A stretch of DNA of 62,610 bases, filler included, from Candidatus Woesearchaeota archaeon (GCA_018221205.1; 7 parts of 7 records of this genome joined end to end with filler, not necessarily neighbours in it), one strand, 5' to 3'; positions 8,268-18,173 are shown, numbered from the whole stretch's first letter. The notes: generated by a model not told the origin, from the letters alone. A program made the numbers and translations.

Positions 8268-9298
8268 AATTGAGAAAACTTGCTACCATTGGGTTACTTT
8301 ATATGGTGTCTGCCTTGGCACCTAAAGCCGAAGCAGATGAAGGATTAGAGATAGCTGTAAACGAATATATCCAGTCGACAAAAGAATCAGCTAGTTTTGA
8401 TACTGTTGCCTGGGGAAAGAAGCTCTTTGTAGGAGTAGGCGGAAACACTACTGGATTGCGTTATGCAGGATTTATGCATGAGAGAGAAATTGAGGGATTA
8501 GATGTTACTATTGGAGCGAATGTGGCTGACAGTGGTGAAACAGATTGGGAAGCTCATGGGAAAGTCGGTAAAGGACCGTTTAGCTTTGGCTTTGGTAGAG
8601 TTGATACTCATGGAATAGATACTGATTATGTGAAGCCAGAATTCGAGTTTTCCTTGCCTAATTGGAATGTAGAAATTGGAGCTATCCTTTCGCGATTTAG
8701 GGAAGAAGATACAAGGTATTCTGTAGGTGGAAGTATCTTTGCCTCAAATGATCTTTTTAGAATAGGTTATACGAATACAGGAGAGGAAGCAACTTATCAC
8801 GTTGGCTTCATCGCGCCTGAAGGAAATACCTTAAGGCCAGTTTTTGAAGTATTTCGGTATGACTTGGATATAGGTGATCAGCCTGGTCCTCAGATTACGC
8901 TTGTTAATGGAACGTTATCTTTTACTGGCGGTTTTTTGAGTCATGGTGCTGGACAAGGGAGAGCTGAAGGCATAACCGGAGCAAATGAGCAGAATCCTTT
9001 TTTTGCTTTGGCTAATGCAAATTATCTTGCTCCTATCGAGAATTTAGGTAGCTATGCTAATTTCAGGATCTTGGATGTCAAGCCTCCTGGTGGAGATCAT
9101 CAGACAAGCTGTCAAGCAGTTGCCTTTCCTTTTCAGATTGCAGGCATGGAAGGCTTTCCTAGTGGATTCTTCCTTGAAGGAAGCTATCGAGATAAAGCAG
9201 GATTTGGTGTCGGCTATAAAGGAAAGAATATTGGAGTGAAGTATGAACATACTGGCTCTGAGAATAAGGTGAGTGTTCATGCGAACTTTAAGTTTTGA
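8264..9298 (+). CDS. Secreted beta-strand-rich protein resembling an outer-membrane beta-barrel
   Basis: Sec signal ending AEA|D; many alternating amphipathic strands; C-terminal VHANFKF. Confidence 0.65.
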   Translation: MKLRKLATIGLLYMVSALAPKAEADEGLEIAVNEYIQSTKESASFDTVAWGKKLFVGVGGNTTGLRYAGFMHEREIEGLDVTIGANVADSGETDWEAHGKVGKGPFSFGFGRVDTHGIDTDYVKPEFEFSLPNWNVEIGAILSRFREEDTRYSVGGSIFASNDLFRIGYTNTGEEATYHVGFIAPEGNTLRPVFEVFRYDLDIGDQPGPQITLVNGTLSFTGGFLSHGAGQGRAEGITGANEQNPFFALANANYLAPIENLGSYANFRILDVKPPGGDHQTSCQAVAFPFQIAGMEGFPSGFFLEGSYRDKAGFGVGYKGKNIGVKYEHTGSENKVSVHANFKF

Positions 9299-9310
9299 CG
9301 GGGTCGTGAA

Positions 9311-9928
9311 ATGTCAAAAGTCAATGTTGTAATAGGGGATGGAGAAATAAGGTATTACTCGGATTGTGGAGCAGTATCGCAAAAGGAGTTTCAAGAAGAT
9401 TTTGCTAGACGTGACAATGCTGGTGAGATTAGTGATATTGTTGAAGAGGAAGGGAATATCATCACTGCCATAAAACTGTGTGAGGATGAGGTGGTTGTGA
9501 GAAGATTAACTACTAAATATACTGACGCTGTTGTTAAGGATTCTCCTACTTGGCAATCTATTTACCATGCTGGTGTTGCACGGTGGGGCGCTCTTGTTGG
9601 TGCTGAAGATTTTGTCATCGCGTTTGAAATCAAGAAAAACTATGCATTCGCTGCCTTAATTGAAGAAATGTCCAATCGGCCAAAGGATGGTGTGCTCAGG
9701 ACAAGAGATGTTTATACTGGTGCATACTCAACTCGTGTGGAGGTGAAGGGTTGGGATTTTGGTATGAAAAGTGGATTTGGGGTTGTCTATAAAATTGGTC
9801 GGGATCTCTATGGTGATCAATTGACAGCAAAAATCGCCAAAGAGGCATTCAAATTTGATTATCCTTTCCAGTGGCAGGAACATTATGGTAGCTTGGCGGA
9901 TGCATGGTTCAAAGAGCTGAGCGCATAA
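9311..9928 (+). CDS. Hypothetical protein
   Basis: 205-aa ORF at the end of the co-oriented array. Confidence 0.75.
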   Translation: MSKVNVVIGDGEIRYYSDCGAVSQKEFQEDFARRDNAGEISDIVEEEGNIITAIKLCEDEVVVRRLTTKYTDAVVKDSPTWQSIYHAGVARWGALVGAEDFVIAFEIKKNYAFAALIEEMSNRPKDGVLRTRDVYTGAYSTRVEVKGWDFGMKSGFGVVYKIGRDLYGDQLTAKIAKEAFKFDYPFQWQEHYGSLADAWFKELSA

Positions 9929-9959
9929 CTTTTTATATTGTGTTTTAATTCTAAAAGGT

Positions 9960-10061
9960 TATGCACCAGTAGCCGCAGGAGCCTTTTTAAAAAAGGCTCG
10001 CGAAAATTGTGCAAGTGAGACATTTGCTTCGCAAAGTCTCACGGATCTATGCACCAGTAGC
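9960..10061 (+). repeat. 14-bp direct repeat of the tRNA 5' end flanking two hairpins
   Basis: TATGCACCAGTAGC at 9960-9973 and 10048-10061; hairpins at 9979-9999 and 10015-10042. Confidence 0.8.
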
Positions 10062-10103
10062 TCAGCTTGGATAGAGCGATTCCCTCCTAACCACTGGTTA
10101 CGC
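10051..10103 (+). tRNA. tRNA-Arg(CCU), 5' half only, entering a probable 37/38 intron and cut by the contig end
   Basis: GCACCAG-TA-GCTC-AGCTTGGATA-GAGC-G-ATTCC-CT-CCT-A, then non-tRNA hairpin TAACCA-C-TGGTTA. Confidence 0.75.
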
Positions 10104-10203
10104 NNNNNNNNNNNNNNNNNNNNNNNNNNNNNNNNNNNNNNNNNNNNTTAATTAATTAANNNNNNNNNNNNNNNNNNNNNNNNNNNNNNNNNNNNNNNNN
10201 NNN
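10104..10203. other. Artificial contig linker
   Basis: N run with central TTAATTAATTAA. Confidence 0.98.
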
Positions 10204-10451
10204 GTAGCCGCGTAAAAATATTTCTAAGAAGTCGACCTAAAGGTCGGGGAATTAAACCCCTGTGCTCGCTACGCTCGCATTAAAGATGTTGTAATTTATA
10301 TAAAATTTTCCACGGAACTCTTCAATAAATTTTTTTTCGAAGAAATAGACTATCTGTCTCGAAGAGACTAAGGCGGCTACCCTTTTTAATAAATCTACAC
10401 GACAATTGGATATAACAACCTTTTTATACGAGCTTTTGTTTTCTAAGGGTG

Positions 10452-11147
10452 ATGGCAATCATCAACGCAAGCACATCAGTCATTCCTGCCTGTGATGTTT
10501 CTTTAGAGAAATTAAAGGATCTGGTGAAAGAGACCTGCTCTGTTGATGGCATCGGCGGGTATAAGATCGGATTTGAGCTGGTGCTGCCGCATGGTTTTGC
10601 GAAAGTCATCTCTGCTATCAGGGAACATACTGATCTGCCTATCATCTATGACCATCAGAAAGCTGGTACTGATATCCCTGATACTGGCAGAAAATTTATG
10701 GCTGCTTGTAAAGGAGTGAATGCAGTTATTCTGTTCCCTCAGGCTGGGCCTGTTACTGAAGAAGAATGGATAAAGGCTGGCCAGGAAGCTGGAATGAAGA
10801 TCATTGTGGGTGGAGAGATGACCCATAAAGGATATCTAGAAAGTGATGATGGCTTCCTGAAAGATGACATGCCTACTCAAGTATATACTCTCGCAGCCCA
10901 GCTAGGAGTGACTGATTTTGTTGTCCCTGGAAACAAACCTGATAAGATCATGGAATATCGGAGATTGTTAGAAGGGTTAGGAATCAAACCTGTGTTTTAC
11001 TCTCCTGGATTGATAACGCAAGGAGGGTCTTTGACTGAGGGTGCCAAGGCTGCTGGAGACAACTGGCATGCGATTATTGGCCGTGGAATCTACGAAGCAA
11101 AAGACATGCATAAGGCTGCCAAAGAATTCACCAAAGAATTTCTTTAA
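10452..11147 (+). CDS. pyrF: Orotidine 5'-phosphate decarboxylase
   Basis: IPACD, GYKIG, YDHQKAGTDIPDT, SPG, IIGRGIY. Confidence 0.93.
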   Translation: MAIINASTSVIPACDVSLEKLKDLVKETCSVDGIGGYKIGFELVLPHGFAKVISAIREHTDLPIIYDHQKAGTDIPDTGRKFMAACKGVNAVILFPQAGPVTEEEWIKAGQEAGMKIIVGGEMTHKGYLESDDGFLKDDMPTQVYTLAAQLGVTDFVVPGNKPDKIMEYRRLLEGLGIKPVFYSPGLITQGGSLTEGAKAAGDNWHAIIGRGIYEAKDMHKAAKEFTKEFL

Positions 11148-11216
11148 CTTCAATCTGAATCAAAGTCAAAGATAAGTATTTATATATGGCTTGTTTAATG
11201 GTTTTCAGGTGATACC

Positions 11217-13316
11217 ATGAAAGGAAAACTATTCACGATGATTGTTGTTTTAGCAGTAGTATTTATGATCGGCTGTACGCAGCCTCTTGTTGTTGAGCCG
11301 AGTGTTAAATTGACAGACAGTTCTCTTGAGACTTCTCAGGAACTGAAGAAATTCAGCTCTGTTGATGAACTGAAGAAATATCTTGATGATAATATGGAGG
11401 GTGTCTTTGATGGATATGCGAAAAATGTATTCGCAAGGTCAGGGGGCATAGCTATAGATTCTATGGATATGGCTGTTGCAGAGAGTGCGCCTATGGAAGC
11501 AGTTGCGGGTGATTATTCTGAAACCAATGTCCAAGTTGTGGGAGTGGATGAAGCTGATTTTGTGAAGAATGATGGAAAATATATCTATACCTTAACTGGA
11601 GATGTGCTGGTCATTGTCGATGCGTTTCCGGCAGATGATGCTGAGATTGTCTCTAAGACTCTTCTTGATGGCAGGCCTGTCAACATGTTCGTGAACGGCG
11701 ATAGATTAGTTGTCTTCAGTGTGACGGATGATGAAGTGTTTGTCATTCCGGAATATGATTATTTCCCACAGCCTCGCTATACGCAGAAGACACATGCCTA
11801 TGTGTATGATATCTCTGACAAAGAGGATCCTGAATTGGTAAATGATTTCAATGTCAATGGTAATTATTTCCAGGCTCGGATGATTGGCGACTATGTCTAT
11901 TTCATCGCTAAAGACAGTGTCTATTATTTCAATAACTTGATTGATGTTCCTGTTCTTCGGAACTTTGATGAAAGTATTGTCTCTCCTGAAATTTTTTATT
12001 TCGATAATCCGGAGCAGAATTTTGTGTTCCATACTGTTGCGGCTTTTGATGTGAATGATGATTCACTGAATGCAGAAACGTATATGATGGGTCATTCGAA
12101 TACTTTGTATGTATCGACTGAAAATATCTATATCAGCTATCAGAAGAATCCTTCACACCTTTTCTATAGGCAGAAGAATGAAGATAGATTCTACAAAGTT
12201 GTACTTCCTTTATTGCCTTCTGATGTGCAGCTTAAGATCAAGGCAGTCGATGATTGGGATGAGATCTCATCTATCTTAGAAGATATGTACAATACGATGG
12301 AGGATAAAGAGAAATCAAGGCTTATCGAGGAAATCGAAGAAAAGGTCTCTGAGTATGAATTGAAATTGGAGATAGAGAGAAGGAAATCAATCATCCATAA
12401 GATAGGCATTGACAACGGCAGATTGAGTTATAATGGAAAGGGCGAAGTACCTGGAAGATTATTGAATCAATTTTCGCTTGATGAGCATGATGGGAATCTA
12501 AGAGTCGCTACAACAACTGAAATATGGACTCGATTTGATACTATACGGCACAATAATGTCTATGTACTGGATGAAGATATGGACACCATTGGAGAGCTAG
12601 AAGAGATAGCCCCAGGTGAGAGCATCTTTTCGACAAGGTTTATAGGGGACAGATTGTATATGGTGACTTTTGAACGGGTTGATCCTTTCTTTGTCATTGA
12701 TCTGAGCAATCCGCGCAAGCCTGCTATCCTGGGAGAGCTGAAGATTCCTGGCTTTAGTGATTACTTGCATCCGTACGATGAAGATCATATCATAGGAATA
12801 GGCAAAGAGACAAAAGAGAACCAATGGGGCGGCATTTCAACTAAAGGTGTAAAATTAGCTCTCTTTGATGTCTCTGATGTTTCCCATCCTAAAGAAGTGG
12901 ATAAGATCGAGATCGGAACATCTGGTAGCGATTCAGAAGCGTTGAATGAGCATAAGGCTTTTCTCTTTGATAAGAAGAAGAATCTGCTTGTTATTCCGTT
13001 GAGAGAAGTCAAAGGCGAGAGAGAGTATGATAGATTGACTGGTTATAGGCAGCGGGTCTGGCAAGGTGCGTATGTCTTTTCGTTGACTCCTGAAGATGGT
13101 TTTGATGTTAAAGGGAAAATAAGCCATAATGAAGGATTTGAAGAAGACCGTTGGTACTGGGGAAGCCCGTATGCTGTCAAGAGAAGCCTCTATATGGATG
13201 ATGTACTCTATACCATATCTCATAAGAAGATCATGATGCATGATCTTGAGGATATCGATGAGATCAATGAAGTGGATCTGCCCTATAAGCGGGATAAGTA
13301 TTACCCTGTCTGGTAA
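11217..13316 (+). CDS. Secreted beta-propeller-domain lipoprotein
   Basis: Lipobox-like MIGC; YSETNVQVVGVDEADFVKNDG, LLNQFSLDE, LGELKIPGFSDYLHP motifs of the Beta_propel family. Confidence 0.9.
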   Translation: MKGKLFTMIVVLAVVFMIGCTQPLVVEPSVKLTDSSLETSQELKKFSSVDELKKYLDDNMEGVFDGYAKNVFARSGGIAIDSMDMAVAESAPMEAVAGDYSETNVQVVGVDEADFVKNDGKYIYTLTGDVLVIVDAFPADDAEIVSKTLLDGRPVNMFVNGDRLVVFSVTDDEVFVIPEYDYFPQPRYTQKTHAYVYDISDKEDPELVNDFNVNGNYFQARMIGDYVYFIAKDSVYYFNNLIDVPVLRNFDESIVSPEIFYFDNPEQNFVFHTVAAFDVNDDSLNAETYMMGHSNTLYVSTENIYISYQKNPSHLFYRQKNEDRFYKVVLPLLPSDVQLKIKAVDDWDEISSILEDMYNTMEDKEKSRLIEEIEEKVSEYELKLEIERRKSIIHKIGIDNGRLSYNGKGEVPGRLLNQFSLDEHDGNLRVATTTEIWTRFDTIRHNNVYVLDEDMDTIGELEEIAPGESIFSTRFIGDRLYMVTFERVDPFFVIDLSNPRKPAILGELKIPGFSDYLHPYDEDHIIGIGKETKENQWGGISTKGVKLALFDVSDVSHPKEVDKIEIGTSGSDSEALNEHKAFLFDKKKNLLVIPLREVKGEREYDRLTGYRQRVWQGAYVFSLTPEDGFDVKGKISHNEGFEEDRWYWGSPYAVKRSLYMDDVLYTISHKKIMMHDLEDIDEINEVDLPYKRDKYYPVW

Positions 13317-13396
13317 TGACCTCCTCCCCGACTTGAAAGTCGGGGTATCCGCTTAAGCTTCTGCGTGGTGTTGTTCTTGATTTACTATGTACTTGA
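13316..13396 (-). mobile_element. IS200/IS605-family element end, copy 1 (tnpA 3' end plus hairpin)
   Basis: 81 nt identical to the other copies; minus strand encodes KYIVNQEQHHAEA*, then CCCCGACTT-TC-AAGTCGGGG and GAGGTCAT. Confidence 0.85.
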
Positions 13397-13496
13397 NNNN
13401 NNNNNNNNNNNNNNNNNNNNNNNNNNNNNNNNNNNNNNNNTTAATTAATTAANNNNNNNNNNNNNNNNNNNNNNNNNNNNNNNNNNNNNNNNNNNN
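13397..13496. other. Artificial contig linker
   Basis: N run with central TTAATTAATTAA. Confidence 0.98.
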
Positions 13497-13576
13497 CAAG
13501 TACATAGTAAATCAAGAACAACACCACGCAGAAGCTTAAGCGGATACCCCGACTTTCAAGTCGGGGAGGAGGTCAT
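13497..13576 (+). mobile_element. IS200/IS605-family element end, copy 2
   Basis: Y1 TnpA C-terminal motif YIVNQEQHH (stop 13537-13539), hairpin 13547-13566, ends GTCAT. Confidence 0.85.
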
Positions 13577-13577
13577 T

Positions 13578-14177
13578 GAAGAATATTTTGCTCTACTTTC
13601 TATCCTTGTGCACGAGAATATTCACAGATCCTCTCCACTAAAAGTCCTTTCAGAAGAACAAGCGAGCTACTTCTGGAAATCAGCTTTCGAATTATGCACA
13701 GATGAGAAATCAAATTCAAAGTTATCAAGTATCAAGAAGCATTCTGGCAAAGTCAAAATTAAGGGACTGCGCATCATATTTGAATCAAAAGGAGAAAAAG
13801 TAGGATCATATGGATATTTAGATGAATTTGCTGCACATTATATGTCATCAGCTATAGTTGGGTTTCATTGCAAACAGATCGCATGCTTTCCTGATTTTCG
13901 AACTGGGCAGTTGCTTTCATTTTACGCATATAAGATAGGAAATAATAGTGACGTGCAAACACAAGGTATGAGAATTCTGGATGGTCATGCTAAAACTCTT
14001 GAGTTCTTTCAAGATTATTTAGCAGGTAATGTTCCTTTGGAACTAGTTCGTGGACGATCGCATGAATTTGCATTGAGAAGTATGATGTGTAGTACAGGAA
14101 TAAGAGCACTAGTATCAGGACAAATTCCTGGTATAGAAGTGATTATGACAGCATTATATGAGCCCATGCCCACTTAA
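13578..14177 (+). CDS. Hypothetical protein, probably 5'-truncated by the IS insertion
   Basis: Frame is open back to and through the IS junction; only a GTG start (13608) without an RBS. Confidence 0.55.
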   Translation, partial: EEYFALLSILVHENIHRSSPLKVLSEEQASYFWKSAFELCTDEKSNSKLSSIKKHSGKVKIKGLRIIFESKGEKVGSYGYLDEFAAHYMSSAIVGFHCKQIACFPDFRTGQLLSFYAYKIGNNSDVQTQGMRILDGHAKTLEFFQDYLAGNVPLELVRGRSHEFALRSMMCSTGIRALVSGQIPGIEVIMTALYEPMPT

Positions 14178-14197
14178 TTCGAAAATAGTAGTAGAAA

Positions 14198-14509
14198 TTA
14201 AGTATCAATCATTTCGATTTCAATGTTAAGGCCTTCGGGGATGGGGACGCGCATCACCAGTTTTAGAGCGCGCTCATCGATGCCGAGATCGATCAATCGT
14301 TTATGCACTCGGGCTTCGTAACGTTCCCAAGAGGCTTTTCCGTCGCCGCAAGGACTCTTTCGAGTGGTTATCTTCAGTTTCTTTGTAGGAAGAGGTATTG
14401 GGCCACGGCAATCGACTCCTGTCTTATCGGCAATATCCATTATCGAGGTGCACACTGTATTAACTTTGTTGATGTCAATACTTGCTAATTTTATTCTCGC
14501 TTTCTGCAT
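14198..14509 (-). CDS. rps10: 30S ribosomal protein uS10
   Basis: GPIPLPTKKL, RKSPCGDG, HKRLID. Confidence 0.98.
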   Translation of the reverse strand: MQKARIKLASIDINKVNTVCTSIMDIADKTGVDCRGPIPLPTKKLKITTRKSPCGDGKASWERYEARVHKRLIDLGIDERALKLVMRVPIPEGLNIEIEMIDT

Positions 14510-14572
14510 TTTGCCTCATGATAAGCCAGGGTTCACCATGATCCAGGTATCCTGGGTAATAAAATAAAAAAA

Positions 14573-15856
14573 TTATTTCTTGACCAGATCAATGCACATG
14601 CCAGCTGCGACTGTGCTTCCAGAGTCTCGAACAGCAAACCGTGACATCTGTGGGATGTCTTTCTGCTTCTCGATCACCAATGGCTGTACTGGCTTTACTC
14701 TGACAATGGCTGCGTCACCATTCTTGACAAAGTCAGGATTTTCCTGAACAACTTCGCCAGTTGCTGGGTTGAGCTTCTTCTCAATAGCTGAGAATTGGCA
14801 GGCAACCTGAGCTGTATGGATATGGAACACCGGGGTATAGCCAGCAGTCAATACTGTCGGATGATTCAATACCACGATCTGAGCAGTAAATTCTGTCGCG
14901 ACTGTAGGTGGATTGTCTGTCCTGCCAAGTACATCGCCTCTGGCAATATCTTTCTTGCCGAAACCTCGTACGTTGAAGCCTACATTATCGCCCGGACCTG
15001 CTTCTTGCATTTGTTCATGATGCATCTCAATGGTCTTGACTTCTCCTTCAACGCCTTTTCCTTCCCTTCCAGGCATGGCAACAACTTTGTCGCCTAGCTT
15101 CATAACTCCGGTTTCGATTCTTCCGACAGGGACAGTTCCGATACCTTGGATGTTATAGACGTCCTGGATAGCTAATCTTAATGGAAGATTTGTCGGCTTT
15201 TCAGGCTCTTTGATCTCATCTAATTGCTCAAGAAGAGTCTTACCTGTGTACCATCCCAAATTGTCTCCTTTCTTTGCAACGTTGTCTCCTACCAATGAAG
15301 CGGCAGGCAGGAATGGAACATCTTCAGGTTTGTATCCAACGGTCTTCAAGAGTTCTGAGATCATTCCCTTCATCTTGTCGAACTTTGCTTGATCGAATTT
15401 GACAGCATCCATCTTGTTGATGATGACAAGAAGCTGATTAACGCCAAGAGTTCGTGCCAAGAATGTATGCTCCTTTGTCTGGGGCTGGATCTCGTTATCG
15501 TTTGCATCGACAACCAAAACACCGACATCAGCTTGTGAAGCGCCTGTGATCATGTTCTTGATGAAATCCTTGTGGCCTGGTGCATCGATAATCGTGAAGT
15601 AATACTTCTTGGTATCGAAGCGCTTATGAGCCAGGTCAATAGTGACTCCTCTCTCTTGCTCCTCCTTCAGATTATCCATGACGAAAGCGAACTCAAAGCC
15701 GCCTTTGCCTAGGCTTTCAGCTTTCTCTTTGAGCTTCCGCATGGCCTGCTCATCGATATTTCCTGAATCAAAGAGCAATCTGCCTACAGTTGTTGATTTA
15801 CCTGCATCAACGTGCCCTATGAATACGATATTAATGTGTGGTTTTTTATCAGCCAT
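14573..15856 (-). CDS. tuf: Elongation factor 1-alpha
   Basis: [25 protein letters not shown]; archaeal type. Confidence 0.99.
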   Translation of the reverse strand: MADKKPHINIVFIGHVDAGKSTTVGRLLFDSGNIDEQAMRKLKEKAESLGKGGFEFAFVMDNLKEEQERGVTIDLAHKRFDTKKYYFTIIDAPGHKDFIKNMITGASQADVGVLVVDANDNEIQPQTKEHTFLARTLGVNQLLVIINKMDAVKFDQAKFDKMKGMISELLKTVGYKPEDVPFLPAASLVGDNVAKKGDNLGWYTGKTLLEQLDEIKEPEKPTNLPLRLAIQDVYNIQGIGTVPVGRIETGVMKLGDKVVAMPGREGKGVEGEVKTIEMHHEQMQEAGPGDNVGFNVRGFGKKDIARGDVLGRTDNPPTVATEFTAQIVVLNHPTVLTAGYTPVFHIHTAQVACQFSAIEKKLNPATGEVVQENPDFVKNGDAAIVRVKPVQPLVIEKQKDIPQMSRFAVRDSGSTVAAGMCIDLVKK

Positions 15857-15938
15857 TTTTTATCCTCCTTTAACAGTTAATTTTAGTGTAATATGCCCTC
15901 TTAGGAATTCCATGGGGCTTTATAAACCTTACTACTTT

Positions 15939-18116
15939 TTATGCTCCAAGCATAGCATCTGATAATCCCTTTCTTTCGATGATCTGCTTCTTTATTTTGT
16001 CCTGTAATTCTTCAGGCAGCTTCTCGAACATCTGGTCGACCAAACTAGAGCTTCCTCTTCCGCCGGTTGCTGAGCGTAAATCTGAGCTCCAACCGAACAT
16101 CTCACCAACAGGCATCTTTGCGCTGGCAACTACTGTTGCGCCTTCCTGGTTCATCTCTAGCAATTGGCCTCGCTTATTGGCGATGAGCTTTGAGAGCTCT
16201 CCCATGAAATCAGATGGTGCCTCGATCCTTTGGATCTGCAAAGGCTCAAACATAGAAGGCCGAGCAATCATCATCGCACCCCTGATTGAATCTCTGACAG
16301 CAGGATAGACCTGCGCCGGACCACGATGGATAGCATCTTCATGGAGCTTCATATCAAGCAGCTTGACCTTGACCTTGACGCAAGGCTCTTTGGCCAGAGG
16401 ACCTTCCTTCATGACATTTTCAAACGTGTCAAAGATCATCTCGATGACCTCTCCTAAATGGACTTGGCCGCGAGTCTCATCAATGAGCATGTTGCCCTTG
16501 TAGATATTCTTCACTTTGACTGCTTCCTTAGACTCCATGCCTGCTTCTACCAATGCATCTCTCAAGACTGTATCTTTTTTCTTGACCCTGCCTTCATGGA
16601 TCTTGCCAGCTTTGATATCATCATAGATAGCATTTTCCAAAGGCTCGACCTCAAAGTAGAATTTATTGTGTTTGTTTGGAGACTTCCCTTCAACATCCTC
16701 TGGAGATGCTTTCGTTATTGTCTCTCTGTATACCACAATGGGTGGAGAGGTCTTGATATCGACATTCTTCTCAGATTTAATCCTGTTCTCAATGACTTCC
16801 AGATGCAGTTCTCCCATGCCATGCATAAGGTGTTCTCCTGTCTCCTCATTGATGTCAATAACAATAGATGGATCTTCTTTTGCGATTGTCCGTAGGGTAT
16901 CGATCAATTTTGGAAGGTCAGCAGGGTTTTTGGCTGCGATGGCTTTTGTCACGACAGGCTCGAAGATATGTGTTATCTCCTCAAATGGAATTGTCTGCTC
17001 CAACGTAACAGTCTCTCCTGGATATGATTTTATGCCTCCTATGCCGATGATATTCCCTGCAGGAACATCTTCAATGATCTCTCTCTTTGCGCCATTATAG
17101 ATATAGATCTGCTGGATCTTAGATTTCTGCTTCATCCTGTTGAGATAGACTTCCTTACCCTTGGTCATGGTCCCAGAAAATAATCTTCCGGCAGATATCT
17201 CTCCTGCCTGCGGGTCAACGACGATCTTTGTCAGGACAAAGAACAACGGTCCATCGGGATTGCATGCAAGTAATGATTTTCCTTCTTCTGACTCTGCTTC
17301 ACCCTGCCAGATCTTTGGGATTCGATATGCCTGCGCTTCTACTGGATTGGGCAGGTGCTTCACGACCATATCCAGGATGACCTCATGTAAAGGTGCTTTC
17401 TTTGCTAATTCTTTGTATGCATCTCCGCCTTTCTCATATGTCTCGATGATATCTTTGAATGTTATTCCTTTCTTCTTCATGAAAGGTATACTCAATGCCC
17501 AATTGTGAAAAGCTGAGCCAAAAGCTACCAATCCTTCCTGGACATTCAGCTGCCATTTGTCTCCATACTCTTTCTCTGCAATATCTTTGATCAGTTTATT
17601 TATCTGAGTGATGACATTGATGAAGCGTTCCTGCATCTTCTCTGGAGTCAGCTGCAATTCTTTGATTAGTCTATCGACTTTATTGATGAACAGAATAGGC
17701 TGTACTCTTTCCCTTAGCGATTGTCTTAACACTGTCTCGGTCTGGGGCATGATGCCCTCTGAAGCACAGACCAATACGATAGAGCCGTCAACTGCCCTCA
17801 TCGCTCTCGTCACGTCTCCGCCGAAATCTACGTGGCCTGGAGTGTCAATCAGATTGATGAGATATTCAGTATCGTCGAATGAGTGCACCATAGAGACGTT
17901 TGCTGAATCGATGGTGATGCCTCGTTCTTTCTCGTCATCATGGAAATCAAGGGCGAGCTGCTTTCCAGCCAGCTCTTCTGACATCATCCCTGCTCCTGCC
18001 AATAGGTTATCAGAAAAGGTCGTCTTGCCGTGATCGATATGTGCACAGATAGCGATATTCCTGATCTGCTTAGGCTTACTCATGATCTTCTTTACTTTAT
18101 CAGCCATCTTTGCCAT
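15939..18116 (-). CDS. fusA: Elongation factor 2
   Basis: AHIDHGKTT, RGITI, DTPGH, NKVD; diphthamide loop LHEDAIHRGPAQ. Confidence 0.99.
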   Translation of the reverse strand: MAKMADKVKKIMSKPKQIRNIAICAHIDHGKTTFSDNLLAGAGMMSEELAGKQLALDFHDDEKERGITIDSANVSMVHSFDDTEYLINLIDTPGHVDFGGDVTRAMRAVDGSIVLVCASEGIMPQTETVLRQSLRERVQPILFINKVDRLIKELQLTPEKMQERFINVITQINKLIKDIAEKEYGDKWQLNVQEGLVAFGSAFHNWALSIPFMKKKGITFKDIIETYEKGGDAYKELAKKAPLHEVILDMVVKHLPNPVEAQAYRIPKIWQGEAESEEGKSLLACNPDGPLFFVLTKIVVDPQAGEISAGRLFSGTMTKGKEVYLNRMKQKSKIQQIYIYNGAKREIIEDVPAGNIIGIGGIKSYPGETVTLEQTIPFEEITHIFEPVVTKAIAAKNPADLPKLIDTLRTIAKEDPSIVIDINEETGEHLMHGMGELHLEVIENRIKSEKNVDIKTSPPIVVYRETITKASPEDVEGKSPNKHNKFYFEVEPLENAIYDDIKAGKIHEGRVKKKDTVLRDALVEAGMESKEAVKVKNIYKGNMLIDETRGQVHLGEVIEMIFDTFENVMKEGPLAKEPCVKVKVKLLDMKLHEDAIHRGPAQVYPAVRDSIRGAMMIARPSMFEPLQIQRIEAPSDFMGELSKLIANKRGQLLEMNQEGATVVASAKMPVGEMFGWSSDLRSATGGRGSSSLVDQMFEKLPEELQDKIKKQIIERKGLSDAMLGA

Positions 18117-18173
18117 CAGAAATCCCCTCCGGTGATTTCCTGGGTTCCAAAATAATATTTTGTAACCATTTTT

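Noticed and set aside
10204..10270. 3' half of tRNA-Arg across the gap
   Set aside because: GGAAT and AGGTCGGGG are present but there is no TTC T-loop and no CTGGTGC acceptor strand
13316..13576. Apparent 80-bp perfect inverted repeat around the gap
   Set aside because: Two separate contigs each end in the same IS end and are joined by an artificial linker; one element would show two different ends
13497..13600. TnpB omega-RNA with flank-derived guide
   Set aside because: The end resembles IS605-type right ends, but the adjacent coding fragment is TnpA (YIVNQEQHH), not a TnpB C-terminus; no tnpB is visible and I noticed no second match for the flanks
14795..18033. Many plus-strand ORFs over tuf/fusA, and similar ones over copA, gltX and others
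   Set aside because: Antisense shadows of well-supported genes with no independent motifs
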